DNA from: Basidiobolus meristosporus CBS 931.73
Lineage: Eukaryota; Fungi; Basidiobolomycota
DNA length: 64,000 nt
NCBI GenBank assembly: GCA_002104905.1
Contig: MCFE01000398.1
Coordinates: 17,676 to 81,675, forward strand
Direction of reading: 5' to 3'
Below are positions 50,300 to 61,632 of the stretch, one piece after another. Position 1 is the stretch's first letter, and every line of letters starts with the position of its first letter. Made by a program: the position numbers and the translations under genes. The notes under the pieces were generated by a model. The model ran no database searches. It was not told where the DNA came from and saw only the letters and a program-made list of their open reading frames with translations.

Positions 50300-51289
50300 A
50301 TGTCCAAGCTACCATATAATAATGACCATGACACAACCAGCCCATCACAGTTCTCCTCCAACCTTCCACCTCTTCCTTACACACAACAGATAGAACCGCG
50401 TACCTCGGGTTCTTCGTGTCCCATAAACCGTCCTCCAAATGCCTACTCCCACCTCCAGTATGGTGGCTCAACTTCTTCAGGTCAACCTTCTCATCAACTG
50501 AGCCAACCCGCAGTCCACTCCAAAGAGGGCTCATATTCTTCCAGTGGTCAGGTCAACCATCCACCGCAACAAGCTGTGGTGAATGTGAGCAGCACTGGGA
50601 TGAGTAGCGCCCAGGCGCGCTCAGTCCAATCGTCTGGAAGTCAAACCCCTGCTTGCTTTTCCAGACCGCCTCAGATACAAGGGTATGCCCTAGCACCTTT
50701 CCCCTCGTTCCGAGTTCCTTGTAATGGAAGAACGTTTCAAGATGGATTCCCACAATTCTATCCTCAGCCACAGCGCCTGTCCGCCCGCGATATACATGAG
50801 GCAGACTGGCTTCAGTTCATGCAGGAGCTGTCGGATGAAGGTCGCTTAAAGGGAGGTCAAAAGGTGACTGCTTCCATTCTACCCATAGCAATGCATGTTG
50901 GGGCGACCGGGTTTCTGATATCTCGTGCAATCAAGAAAAGAATGAAGAGGGGAAATGTTGGCAAAGCAGCAGCCAAAATCGATATTTGGAACTACTGCTT
51001 TTTCAATGCTCGTGGGGTTAATATCACCCTGTTCCAAGGACCAAGAAGAGTGAGTGGACCATGCACTGGCTCCTCTTCCTCTTCCAGCAGCTCTTCAGAA
51101 GATGAAGATAGACATCCTGCTATGGGTATGAGCCGAGAATCAAGAAGAGCAGCCAAGGAAGCACGAAGAGAGGATCGACGTCGTAGAAGAGAGCAGCGGC
51201 GCCATGACAAACAGAAGAGGAGAGAACTAAAGCGAGGGGAGAAGACTGATGAGCCGTACTATCTACTTGTGGAAAGCCAACATCTTTAA
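50300..51289 (+). CDS. Uncharacterised protein, copy 2
   Basis: Paralogue of 41356-42345 with few substitutions. Confidence 0.75.
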   Translation: MSKLPYNNDHDTTSPSQFSSNLPPLPYTQQIEPRTSGSSCPINRPPNAYSHLQYGGSTSSGQPSHQLSQPAVHSKEGSYSSSGQVNHPPQQAVVNVSSTGMSSAQARSVQSSGSQTPACFSRPPQIQGYALAPFPSFRVPCNGRTFQDGFPQFYPQPQRLSARDIHEADWLQFMQELSDEGRLKGGQKVTASILPIAMHVGATGFLISRAIKKRMKRGNVGKAAAKIDIWNYCFFNARGVNITLFQGPRRVSGPCTGSSSSSSSSSEDEDRHPAMGMSRESRRAAKEARREDRRRRREQRRHDKQKRRELKRGEKTDEPYYLLVESQHL

Positions 51290-51640
51290 GCATAAATATT
51301 CCCTGCTGGCTACATGGAATTTGGTGATCCTCCTTGACAAAATAGTACAGTATCAATCAATATTTATTGGATGTCCTTTCAATGAAACAAATCACGTGGA
51401 TACGTAATAAATGAAAGCCAAGTAGCGAGTTGACCAAAAGCCTATCAATCGGGCCATTGCTGCGGCTTGAACACGCTTTTTGCTACCAGTGAAAGTGCGA
51501 TCCACATTCTGTAAACAAATGGGATGATTGTATCAACTCTTTCAATCCAGTCATCGATTCCACACTGGCAGCCGAACTCAGCCGGACCAACAGTGAAGGG
51601 GTAGCTTTGTTGATGCTCTATATTTACAAATCACTGTCTT

Positions 51641-52210
51641 CTAAACTTGCTTTAGCTTATGAAATGTGAAGTACGGACAGTGGAGCTTCCAACCCCAGTC
51701 TGCAGTTCTTGAAACTTGCAATGGGGGGAGGTCTGGCAATATTACTGTATTGCCGACCTTCTCCCACTTCAGGGTGCCTGTGTTTTCCGAGTAAAACCCA
51801 AAGTCTGAGCGGAAGTGAGCAAGGATAGGGTCACATCTTTGTCGGGCTCCAACTTGAAGTATCCAGTCACCAACCACATCATTGACAGTGACACTACTTC
51901 TCCGGCTTTCTTTCTTGGCTAGAGTGTAGCAGGATTTCCAGGTAGATTTGGCGGGAGGTGAAGAAGAGCTCGTTTCCTGGAGAGCATGAAGTATTTCTGC
52001 ACCAGATACCTCAGTAGTCTTTATCCACAGCTTCTTCTCCTTCCAAGATATCCTACACAAGGTTTGCCACAAACCTTCAAGATTGGAAAGTTCTCGCCAT
52101 GCATGTGAAACAAGGCAGCATTGGCATAAGTCAGCTGCATCGAAATATTCGAACACTTCAATGATCAACTCTGGCGGAAGATGTATAGAGGTGGTCGGGG
52201 GGATGTGCAT
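51641..52210 (-). CDS. F-box protein, copy 2 (likely intact; ends ..SRTADWGWKL..)
   Basis: F-box motif; C-terminal RxxDWGW segment in frame. Confidence 0.82.
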   Translation of the reverse strand: MHIPPTTSIHLPPELIIEVFEYFDAADLCQCCLVSHAWRELSNLEGLWQTLCRISWKEKKLWIKTTEVSGAEILHALQETSSSSPPAKSTWKSCYTLAKKESRRSSVTVNDVVGDWILQVGARQRCDPILAHFRSDFGFYSENTGTLKWEKVGNTVILPDLPPLQVSRTADWGWKLHCPYFTFHKLKQV

Positions 52211-52314
52211 GTTCTCGCTTGATTAAAAGTTGTTGTGGAAAAGAGCGCTTATATAGGCTGGGTAAATTCTCTGCAATTTGGCCCAGACGGAAGGTGCATA
52301 AGTTGATGCGACAG

Positions 52315-53002
52315 AAGGCACAGACACTAAGGGACGCTTGCTAGAATTTGCCATCACATATTCCAATTGGTCTAGTGAATAGATCCCGTTCATCTGACTA
52401 GCTTTTCTACATCTTGGCTTCTAGAAACCCAGCTACGAGAATACCCGATGAGGCGATACAAGAAATTAATTGGCTTCACTGATTGTGTGACGAACTGAGT
52501 TATGTGTATGATTGGTTGCTACGTGCTTTCAGCTATAGCTCCATCTTGATCGTTTTATCTGGTTGTCCACTCAGGCTTACCACATACTTCGATACTTGAC
52601 TGGATTGAGTGTACAACTACTTCACCCATCAGTCGCATCCCAGATGAACAACTTTACATAGTGTTCCTGAAACGCATACTTACTAGAGTGGCAATACTGA
52701 CAAGCCCTTGGACACTATGCTAATCTAGATATTTGAGACTATCCTGAGCGGGAACTGGGTGCGCGTATCTTCCGCAATGAGGTGAGTTCAAATACGATTC
52801 CAACCTGCTGGCCCCAATCAAGATAGTGCTCGCCTCTCAAGTATCCGTAGCCAGAAATGTAAAAATGGTCTTTGTGAGTATTGGACTAGTATATGCAGAC
52901 TCTCATTGCTACACTTTGAACTGCAATGTCGATAACCTTTTCACTGAGACTGTACAGGCGAGTCTACATCCAAGCCATACCGTACCTAATAATACTCCCT
53001 AG
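52315..53002 (+). pseudogene. Inverted catalase relic, copy 2
   Basis: Duplicate of 43370-44057 with further lesions. Confidence 0.75.
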
Positions 53003-53763
53003 CAGGAGCTTATGCAAACAGAGATGAATGGGCTGAGTCAACTGCGAAGATTAGTCTGGCCATCCGAGTGTGCATTAGTTCAAGAATGATTTGCGATGCT
53101 GTGCCCCACAAGCGGTACATAATTGGACGGACGAAAGCTACAATTACCATTTAGCGGTAGTAATAATCGGTGGGCGTCTTGGATTACTGATATGGTCATG
53201 TCCATGGCTTTTTTACCCGAGTCCATATTTGGCATATTGTCCTGAAGGAGGGTGAGGTGAATCTTAAACGAAATTGGTGTTCACTTCAAACGGACTAGAA
53301 TTGGAATTTTTCTCTGATCGGTAGTGGTCGGAAAGGTTAGGCCATTTACATCATTGCCTAATTTATCGCGAATCTTGGGTTCTAGATTTCTTCTGATGCT
53401 CAGCAACTGGGTCACTCTATTCCGTTTGCCCAGGGTCCAAAGTGTGAGAGCAGTGTTGTAAAGGGTGAGGCATGAGAGTAGCAGCTGGTACTAGCCTGAG
53501 AGATAGTGGATAGCGATCATGCTGACTGTGATACTGAGCAGTTCACCTTTCGAGCCGATGGTGAATCTTCAATCACTAACTCCAGGATTCCCCGATAGTT
53601 CGATCTAGGTACCACCAGCAGCCAAAGAAAATTCACCCACCATATATGGAAAGCGGGACATCCTAATTAATGATTGGAGTGTCCCGCAAGGCAAATCCCA
53701 GGTATAAATATCTCCATGACGCCTAACTTGCCAACCATCCACAACTACTACTCTACTACTAAA

Positions 53764-55227
53764 ATGCTTGGTCGCTCTACCAAAGAGGCAAAAACCTCCA
53801 ATGACTCCTCACAGGCCGGGTTCTCGTTCTATACTGTCATGTGTGTCTCAATTGCCTGCCTTGTCTCGTTCAACAATGGGTGGAACACTTCCGATACCAA
53901 TATTATCCAATCATCCATCATCGAGTGTGAAAACCCTGACGAGAAATTCAATGGCTTTCCAAGTTGCTTCCCTATGGGTGACTGGCTTTGGGGCTTTGCA
54001 GTAAGCAGCTTCTCCATCGGCGGCGCTATCGGGGGGCTTTCGGCCGGGTGGTCTCAAGCGAAGTTCGGACGTCGCAACTCTCTTCTATTCAACAACATTT
54101 TCTTCATCGTCGGCGCCTTGCTTCTCGGACTCTCGAAGAACAAGGGGACTTGGATTGTCGGTCGTTTCTTTACCGGGATCGGCTCAGGATTCGGAACCGT
54201 TGTTCTGCCTACGTATATCGGTGAAGTCTCCACCACCAGAGTCCGAGGTGCGTACGGTGCTATGACACAGCTTACCTGTGTGATTGGACAGTTGGTGACT
54301 CAGGCCGCCGGCCTCGGTCTGTCGAGCAGGGTGGGCTGGCGTATCTGCATGGCACTTACCGGAGCCATTGCCATTCTCCAACTGGTGACACTGTCCTTCA
54401 TCACTGAAACGCCCCGCTACTACATTTCCAAGGATCGGATCGACGATGCCGAAAAGTCGTTGCTCAAGCTCCGCAAAGGAATGGATGTCACCAATGAACT
54501 CCAAACCATGGTGGACGCGCGTGCAGCGGCCAAGGTCAACGGAGAGCAGACATCAATCGTGGACGGGTTCAAGTTCATCATGCGTGACTCGTTGACTCGT
54601 AAACATGCCTTCATGTGCATGTTCCTTTGCGTGATCCAGCAGCTTTGCGGCATCAACGGGATCATGTACTATTCCACCTCGATCTTTACCTCCATCTACG
54701 GCAACAAAACCGCGCAGTATCTCACAGTTGGCGTCGGTGCTATCAACCTGTTGGCGACGATCGTCACTATCCTGCTGATTGATCGAGTTGGACGAAAGTT
54801 CCTTGTGCTACTCAGCCTTGCCGGGATGGCATCCTTCAATGTCCTGATGATCATTGGTATCGAGTGCGACGATTCAGGCCTTGTGATTCTGGGGTTGTTC
54901 GCGTTTGTTGTGTCATTTGCACTCGGTATGGGGCCCATTCCGTTCCTGATCATTTCGGAGCTTATCCCTACGCGAGCTGTCTCCACAGTTGCATCCAGTG
55001 CCCTCGGGCTCAACTGGCTGGGCAACTTTGTGGTTGGGTTCTTCTTCCCATCGTTGAAGAACACCATGCACGGGTATGTGTTCTTGATCTTCGTGGGATG
55101 CTGTATTGCCGGGTTCGTCGGGGTCCTGTTCTTCTTACCTGAGACTAAGGGGCGTAGCATCGAGGAGATCACTGGCCACGGAAGTAACAGTGCGACTACC
55201 AACGAGCCCAAAATTAGCCAGCACTAA
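53764..55227 (+). CDS. MFS sugar porter (GLUT-like), copy 2
   Basis: Near-identical to copy 1; visible protein differences are E/A in RAEAK and the terminal N/H. Confidence 0.93.
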   Translation: MLGRSTKEAKTSNDSSQAGFSFYTVMCVSIACLVSFNNGWNTSDTNIIQSSIIECENPDEKFNGFPSCFPMGDWLWGFAVSSFSIGGAIGGLSAGWSQAKFGRRNSLLFNNIFFIVGALLLGLSKNKGTWIVGRFFTGIGSGFGTVVLPTYIGEVSTTRVRGAYGAMTQLTCVIGQLVTQAAGLGLSSRVGWRICMALTGAIAILQLVTLSFITETPRYYISKDRIDDAEKSLLKLRKGMDVTNELQTMVDARAAAKVNGEQTSIVDGFKFIMRDSLTRKHAFMCMFLCVIQQLCGINGIMYYSTSIFTSIYGNKTAQYLTVGVGAINLLATIVTILLIDRVGRKFLVLLSLAGMASFNVLMIIGIECDDSGLVILGLFAFVVSFALGMGPIPFLIISELIPTRAVSTVASSALGLNWLGNFVVGFFFPSLKNTMHGYVFLIFVGCCIAGFVGVLFFLPETKGRSIEEITGHGSNSATTNEPKISQH

Positions 55228-56901
55228 GCTGACGAGCGAGATGTAAAGTTTAAGCAAAATATGTATTATAACAAGAATAAATAGTTATCAACTTCACACG
55301 TGGAGTTTGTTGCTCATAATGAACGTTGTTGGTTCCAAAGAATTGGATTCTAGCTTTGAACTTGTTGCTTTTTATGGCCGAAGATTCATTGCTTAGTAAG
55401 TAACCTAGTAAGATAATTGTAAGAAGTGATACTCAAGCCTTCATCTGGTAATATTGTTTGTTGCAAGATATTAACGAATATAGCTCCTGACTTCTCGTTG
55501 CATTGTTGACAGAGTAGTAATCTGTTCAAACCGTTAGTTTCGTTTGTCAGTTGGTGGATATTGAGATAGTACTCTTATACTCATTGCTCCTTTGTGGACA
55601 ATGCTGAGAATAGTAGTAGGACCTTTACAAACGTTTCTGGACGGTCGATTCTCCCCGGAATAGATTGTTTGAGAGCCTACACATGTGCTGGTACTGTTAC
55701 TGTTGGTTCGACAACTCTGTCCATATTAGGATATGATTTGTCAAGTCTCGGCTTATCTGGGATATGAAGCTCAACCGAGCTGAGAAAAACGTTAACTGTG
55801 TACTAATAAATGGTGTGGTAAATGTTAAGTATCTGCCACGTATCCTGTTTAGGAGATTGAAAGTTTCACATCAATACCATGTTGAGCGAAATCAGAAGAA
55901 TTTCTTGACTTCAGGTGTCCTATGATATTAGTGTGATCACATGACAATTAATAGGTGATACTGGGATGCTATCAATGGCATAAGCATGTTAGGTTTACTC
56001 CAGAATAATTATATTCAACTTCATTAAAGATGTTATGCGCTTCACTTATTGGCAATGCTTATCACACCATCAAGTAAACCTTTTTGAAGATATTAGTCTA
56101 GGTTCATACTTCTTCTATGCTACCATTATGAGCTAATAATGTATATAACTTTCCTTTGTACCTACTAGTAGTACTTTGTAGAAGCTCTAATCAATCCATG
56201 ATAAACAGTTATGAGCAATGCAATGCTTTTACTGTAGTAGGGCTGAGCATTCTCAAAGCATCCTGTGAGGTAGAAGGCAATGCCAACAAGAAAAATATAA
56301 ACATGAGTTTGAAATTTCTACTGGGTTTTATGTCACTTGTGTTGTATAAAATAAGGTTCTGACTCGATGATGGGTTTAATGCAACTAGTACCTAAAAAAT
56401 CCATATGGTTGATTTGTGAATAGGTGTATAATACAATTTCATTCTTGATCAACTACTTACAAATATATTGAGGTTGATGCACCGTTGACTCTTCAAAGTT
56501 GTGTAAATACTGAAGAGCTAGGGTGAGACATTACTCTCACAACCTTCTGAAGGCAAAGCCTCCATAACCATGTTGGAAGGCCATAACCTATTCGTTTTGC
56601 CGCCACTTTTCTATCTATTATAATGCCTCTACTGTGGGCCAGGCTGAAGTGGATCCTACTTTATATGGGCCACCCTTTCTAGTTGAGCTTCTACGCTTTA
56701 CGAGTCCCGAATGATTACCTATGCTGTCATCACTATTAAATTAGCCTAGGTATGTTTGTCAGCCACTCCAAATATCCCATTGTGGCGAAATTGAATATGG
56801 ATCGAACTTTCGGTGGACGATCACTCATGTGACTTCCACCGCCTGGAGATTACCGAAGATCAAAGATAACTTTATTTATGCCCAGCCATTATTAGGCCCA
56901 T

Positions 56902-59494
56902 CTACAAACGCTCCCAGAACCTTCCGGTCAAGATCGCACTGGCGAATGGCTCGTTAATTCTACTAGCATTAGAATCCACTGAGGTGATGACGCCATTGAG
57001 GCTGTTAACCTCGGAACCATTGTTGTTATATGGGATGCCTGACTCAGCAATCAATTGAACTCCTTCACCCGTGGCAGCTATTGGCTTCCCATGGCGATAG
57101 GCCTCGCGGATGAATTCAAGGGGCGCTGCGTACGGGAACAGGTCGCTGTGTCCAAGCAATGTCTCGACCGATTTCTTCCCTCCAGGTATGTATAGAGCAT
57201 CGAAGAGGACAGAGGAAGTGGTGACGTACGTATTATTCACCTGAACATTGAGATTCTGGATCTGGCCTATATGCGGAGCCACTATGTCTGGATAAGCGCC
57301 TTGGGATCTAAGACTGTTGTACACTGACTGCACTTGTGAAGCATCCACCCCATCAGCGACAAGGATGGCCACTGTGCGAGTACGAATATTGCTTTTCGGA
57401 TACTTCTCGATGGACAGGCCAGTGCTGGTGTGGTTCTTGTTTGGGTTGGTGACCTTCGTAGGTGGGGTTACGCCGATGGCGCTGGCCACCTGTTTGGCCA
57501 AATCGTGATCGACATTATTCAGCAATTCGATCATTCGGTCACGGATGGACTGAGACTTGGTCTTACCAAGCTCAAATCGGGCTGCATTCACCAGTTGTTT
57601 CTGAACATAGTTCAATCGTTAGTGATTAGGAATTCCTCAACCGAGTGTGCGATTACTTACCTGCTCTGCCTTCGTCAAGCTGTTGTAGAATAGTTGGGGC
57701 TGCGAGAAATAATCGAAGAAGCTTGGCGCGGTGCCCCTCACCTTCGGTCCATCCACTTTGCTGTTGTAGGACTGGAAGCCACCATCCTCTGGGGATGCCA
57801 TTTGGGGGGAGTTTCCTTGCATCCTATTGGGGTAGTAAGCGACTTTCCCCTTGTTGATGGTCGTTTGCATATAACCATCGCGCTGATTGTTGTGAACTGC
57901 GTTGATAGGCCGGTTGATGGGGATTTGGTAGAAGTTGGCGCTTCTGTGTCTATTCAGCTGTGTGTCTAGGTAGCTGAAAAGGCGACCTTGCAAGAGAGGA
58001 TCATTGGTGAAATCTATTCCGGGTACGATATGGCCCGGATGTAAGCTCACTTGTTCAGTTTCAGCGAAATAATTATCCACATTGCGATTCAGAGTCTAAC
58101 AATAAATCGAAATGAATGAATCAACCATTTATATTAGCGTAGCAATCATGAATGAGGTACCATTTTTCCAATCTTGACCACTGGTACTAGGGACTCGGGT
58201 ACAAGCTTGGTTGCGTCCAGTAGGTCAAAGTCGTATTTGAACTCATCCTCCTCAGGGATGATCTGCACACCCAGCTCCCACTCGGGATAGTCTCCGTTGT
58301 CGATGGCAGTGTATAGGTCCCTTCGGTGGAAATCGGCATCCTTACCCGCGATCTTTTGTGCTTCGTCCCACGTCAATGTTGCTAGACCTTGAAGTGGCTT
58401 CCAATGCCACTTGACAAATACGGATTTGCCCTCAGTATTCACGAGGCGGAAGGTGTGTACGCCGAAACCTTCCATCATACGGAGGCTAGGCATAATGTCA
58501 GTCAAAGTGCACTACGCTACTGATAGGGTGCCACTGAACAGTACCTTCGCGGAATACCACGCCCAGAGAATGCCCACAGAACGGTGTGCAATGACTCGGG
58601 GAACTCGGAAAAGAAGTCGTAGGCTGTGTCATGGGCGGTACCAGCTTGGGGCATCTCCGTATCAGGCTCTGGTTTAGCAGCGTGGATAAGATCGGGGAAT
58701 TTGATGGCATCTAATAGCAAATACTGTGAGTGGGGTGGCTGGGTTTCGACGTTGCATCGGTGATGTACCTTGGATAAAGAACACAGGGATGTCGTTTCCA
58801 ACTATACATAGAGTTAGATAGAGCAGAGAACAAACTCCAGTCAGATGCAAACTTACCTAAATCAAAGAGACCCTCCTCTGTGTAGAAACGTGTTGCGAAT
58901 CCGCGCACATCTCTTGCTGTATCGGCTGATCCACGTGATCCCAGCACTGGTAGAAAATCTCACAAAGACTGGGGTTTTGGTATCTGGGTTTCGCAGAAAC
59001 TTGGCGGCGGTGATGTTGGAGTAATCACCATAGGATTGGAAGTAACCGTGTGCACCAACCCCACGTGCATGAACAACGCGTTCTGGGTTACGCTCGTGAT
59101 CTGTTGGGATGAAATAATAATTTAGCCACCTGGCCAACTCAAATTAATCGTCTATGAATTCTAACCAAAGTGCATGATCTTTTCCCGCAGTTGGAAATCC
59201 TCGAGAAGGGTGGGGCCCCTCAAGCCTGCCTTCAAACTATTCGTGTTGTTGATCTATGAGCTATGTTAGCGGAGTCCAATAGTGAGAGGTAGCTGATCAA
59301 TACTCAACTAATACTCCAAAATTGGTGGTTTCGTGTGAGTTGGAATTTTCAATGGTAAACTCAAGAAGCTGCTTATCCTTAGCTGAGCCATCAGTGACCC
59401 CTGTAAGGCCCTTCTCAAGAGCACACATCTGAGAGAGGCCCAAGCGGACTCCGATTACAAGGTTCAAAAAGGCCGAAACTTTCCAGCTGATCAT
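56902..59494 (-). CDS. Large-subunit catalase, distal copy; +1 frameshift at about 58949 (pseudogene or sequence error)
   Basis: Same motifs and introns as 47024-49636; CACTGGTAG versus CACTGTAG; stop 7 codons earlier. Confidence 0.75.
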
Positions 59495-60905
59495 TGTTTG
59501 GAATAGCGACTGGATATTCAAGAGATGGCCTTATATATTGGTAGTGATAGAGCTCTATCAGCCTTTGTGGCAATGCTCTATCCAACGAATGCTTCCCTGA
59601 TGATGATGAGCGTCAAGCATTACTAATCTTCTGGTGTTTATTTCAATCAGCCAAAATCGCGACAAACTAGGAATCTTAATAGGTTTGATTAACGAACTAG
59701 AATGGAATGACAGCTCGTGTTGGGGATTTGTTTACCGAAAGCGTGGCGGTTTCGTTACACATGTACATAACCGAGACCTTTATCAAATGTATTGATGTCT
59801 TAGGTATGGAAAAGCTGTCTATTTAAATGTGACTGATAAATCCCCATCCTATCTATGGACTGCTCTAGTCAATGTGTTATCGAGCAATGTTTCTAACCGA
59901 AAATGCTAGCTGACAAATATTGAAAATTCCCTCCAATCCGCCACAGTTGGCAGCTGACTGTCGATTATGCAGTAAACAGAGTCGAGCCCATCTGACCCTC
60001 ATATTCCGTACGCTACCTTCCAAATGCTACAAGTATCAACTTCTTCCCATTAGCCATGCTCTAGCCCTCTGATTTATACTTCCACCAAGACCTGGAATAG
60101 CAGTGAGAATATTCCCGGGAGAAATCGTGAGTGTATATTTGAAGACAAGGGTTTTATAACTCAAATTTCATCTCACGCTATTCGGAGAAGAAACCAAAAT
60201 AAATGCGAAGTCACTGAGAATTTACATTCATCAGTACAGAGTCACCAAAGAAGTCTTGTTCTACCATAATACTGTTGTATAATATTCTGAAATAATTCTT
60301 GTTGATGAAATACGACTACATCCTACATGAAGAGTGAGCATAAGTGCAAATATGCTGACAAGATATTCCAGTTTACATTCCTCCATTTCTTGGTAACTAG
60401 TTGATGATATAGTGATTTTTGTGAGAGGACCGTAAATTTCACTAAACAATATTGGCCTGCGCTTCAATTTATTCCCAGACCTATATTTCATTTGCTTTAT
60501 TACTCACAGCTGAATTAACTGAAACTAGAAGCTGGTGTGTCGGTGCTATCTTGTGCTCCGGTGAAGTATGTAATTATGACACCAAAGAAGCTTGAAAAGA
60601 GGGCACTTACATAAGTAATTCTTAGTTAATGACGTCAGATTATTCCATAATAATATCTAGAGTAAAACAATACGTATTTAGCGGTCAGATTGGTATTTGT
60701 TAACGAATCAACCAAAGTCCAGTGAGGGTGAATGTCATTCGATTATGATCTTAGTTTTAGTGTTGGGGTTAGGGCCAAGGTTGAAGGAGAGCACCACCAC
60801 CAGCAAGTGATTATCCTCACATTTTCATGCTTGTAAACGGAAATTGTCCTTTACAAATTGGCATAAAATTTTTATTTAGTTTGTCCAAATTATACATCCC
60901 AAAAC

Positions 60906-61017
60906 GATTACCAGGCAGGATTACCAGGCAGGATTACTAATCAATTGAAAGTACCTCAGAGATGCAAAAGATGTGAGGAATGGAGGGATTGGAGGATTGG
61001 AGGATTGGAGGGATGGA
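60906..61017 (+). repeat. Short subtelomeric tandem repeats: (GATTACCAGGCAG)x2.5 and (GGATTGGA)x3-4
   Basis: Direct reading at 60906-60937 and 60986-61017. Confidence 0.8.
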
Positions 61018-61105
61018 ATATAAAATGATATGTCATGCCAATCAGTTGTGAATTCCCCCATTACACATTTGCTTCTGCACCTGAATCCTTGGTTTCGATA
61101 TGACT

Positions 61106-61629
61106 GTTAGGGGGAGGAAAGTCACCAAGTGGTGAAATCTTTATTTACTTATGACAAGTATCTAAAGAAGCCATGTTAATCTGAAGTAATTCCTAGAAAG
61201 CTAGGTCTGAGAGATATCTTCCTGGTAAGCCAGGTCTGAGAGGTGAGAGGCTGAGTGGTACTATATTTCCTAGTTAGCTAGGTCTGAGAGAGGTTTCCTG
61301 GAAAGCCAGGCCTGAGAAGTGAGAATCTGAATATATCTGAGCTAAGTTATACTGGTTTGCGGTAGCTGAATTGTGGCTGGAATGGCCAGTAGACTGGGGG
61401 AACTGAGATGAATTTCTGGGCGATCACTGGCCAAATTTACTAGGCAAATCTGGCCAATTAGCATTTCAAGGATTTCAGCCAATCAGAGCCTTTACTTTGC
61501 CCGATGGTTGATCAAGCCATCTCCCAATGAGCACACATCAATTTATTGATCAAATTTTGCTGGATCCAGGATTTGAACCCACAACCATGGGTATGGAAGG
61601 GTTAGGGATAACCACAAGGCTAAGTGTTC
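61106..61629 (-). mobile_element. tRNA-derived SINE-like element with a LINE-derived 3' tail
   Basis: tRNA-like head from G at 61629 with A and B boxes; no T4 run in the body; 3' ~70 nt homologous to the 3' UTR of the adjacent LINE. Confidence 0.75.
61569..61622 (-). promoter_or_regulatory. RNA polymerase III type-2 internal promoter
   Basis: A box TAGCCTTGTGG (61622-61612) and B box GGTTCAAATCC (61579-61569), at tRNA-like spacing. Confidence 0.75.
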
Positions 61630-61632
61630 TTG

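Larger units (their letters stand above)
50273..55403 (+). repeat. Segmental duplication, copy 2
   Basis: Near-identical to 41328-46458. Confidence 0.95.

Noticed and set aside
55400-56900. Possible decayed element or gene between the sugar porter and the distal catalase
   Set aside because: AT-rich and different from the equivalent spacer in unit 1, but no motif, terminus or repeat could be supported
60261-60491. 76-aa ORF upstream of the distal catalase
   Set aside because: Short, no recognisable motif or splice context
61190-61317. CRISPR-like repeat-spacer array
   Set aside because: Eukaryotic context, only four units, spacers of 5-54 nt that are themselves duplicated, no cas genes
61555-61629. 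Functional tRNA gene
   Set aside because: Acceptor and anticodon stems cannot form and there is no downstream T-run terminator
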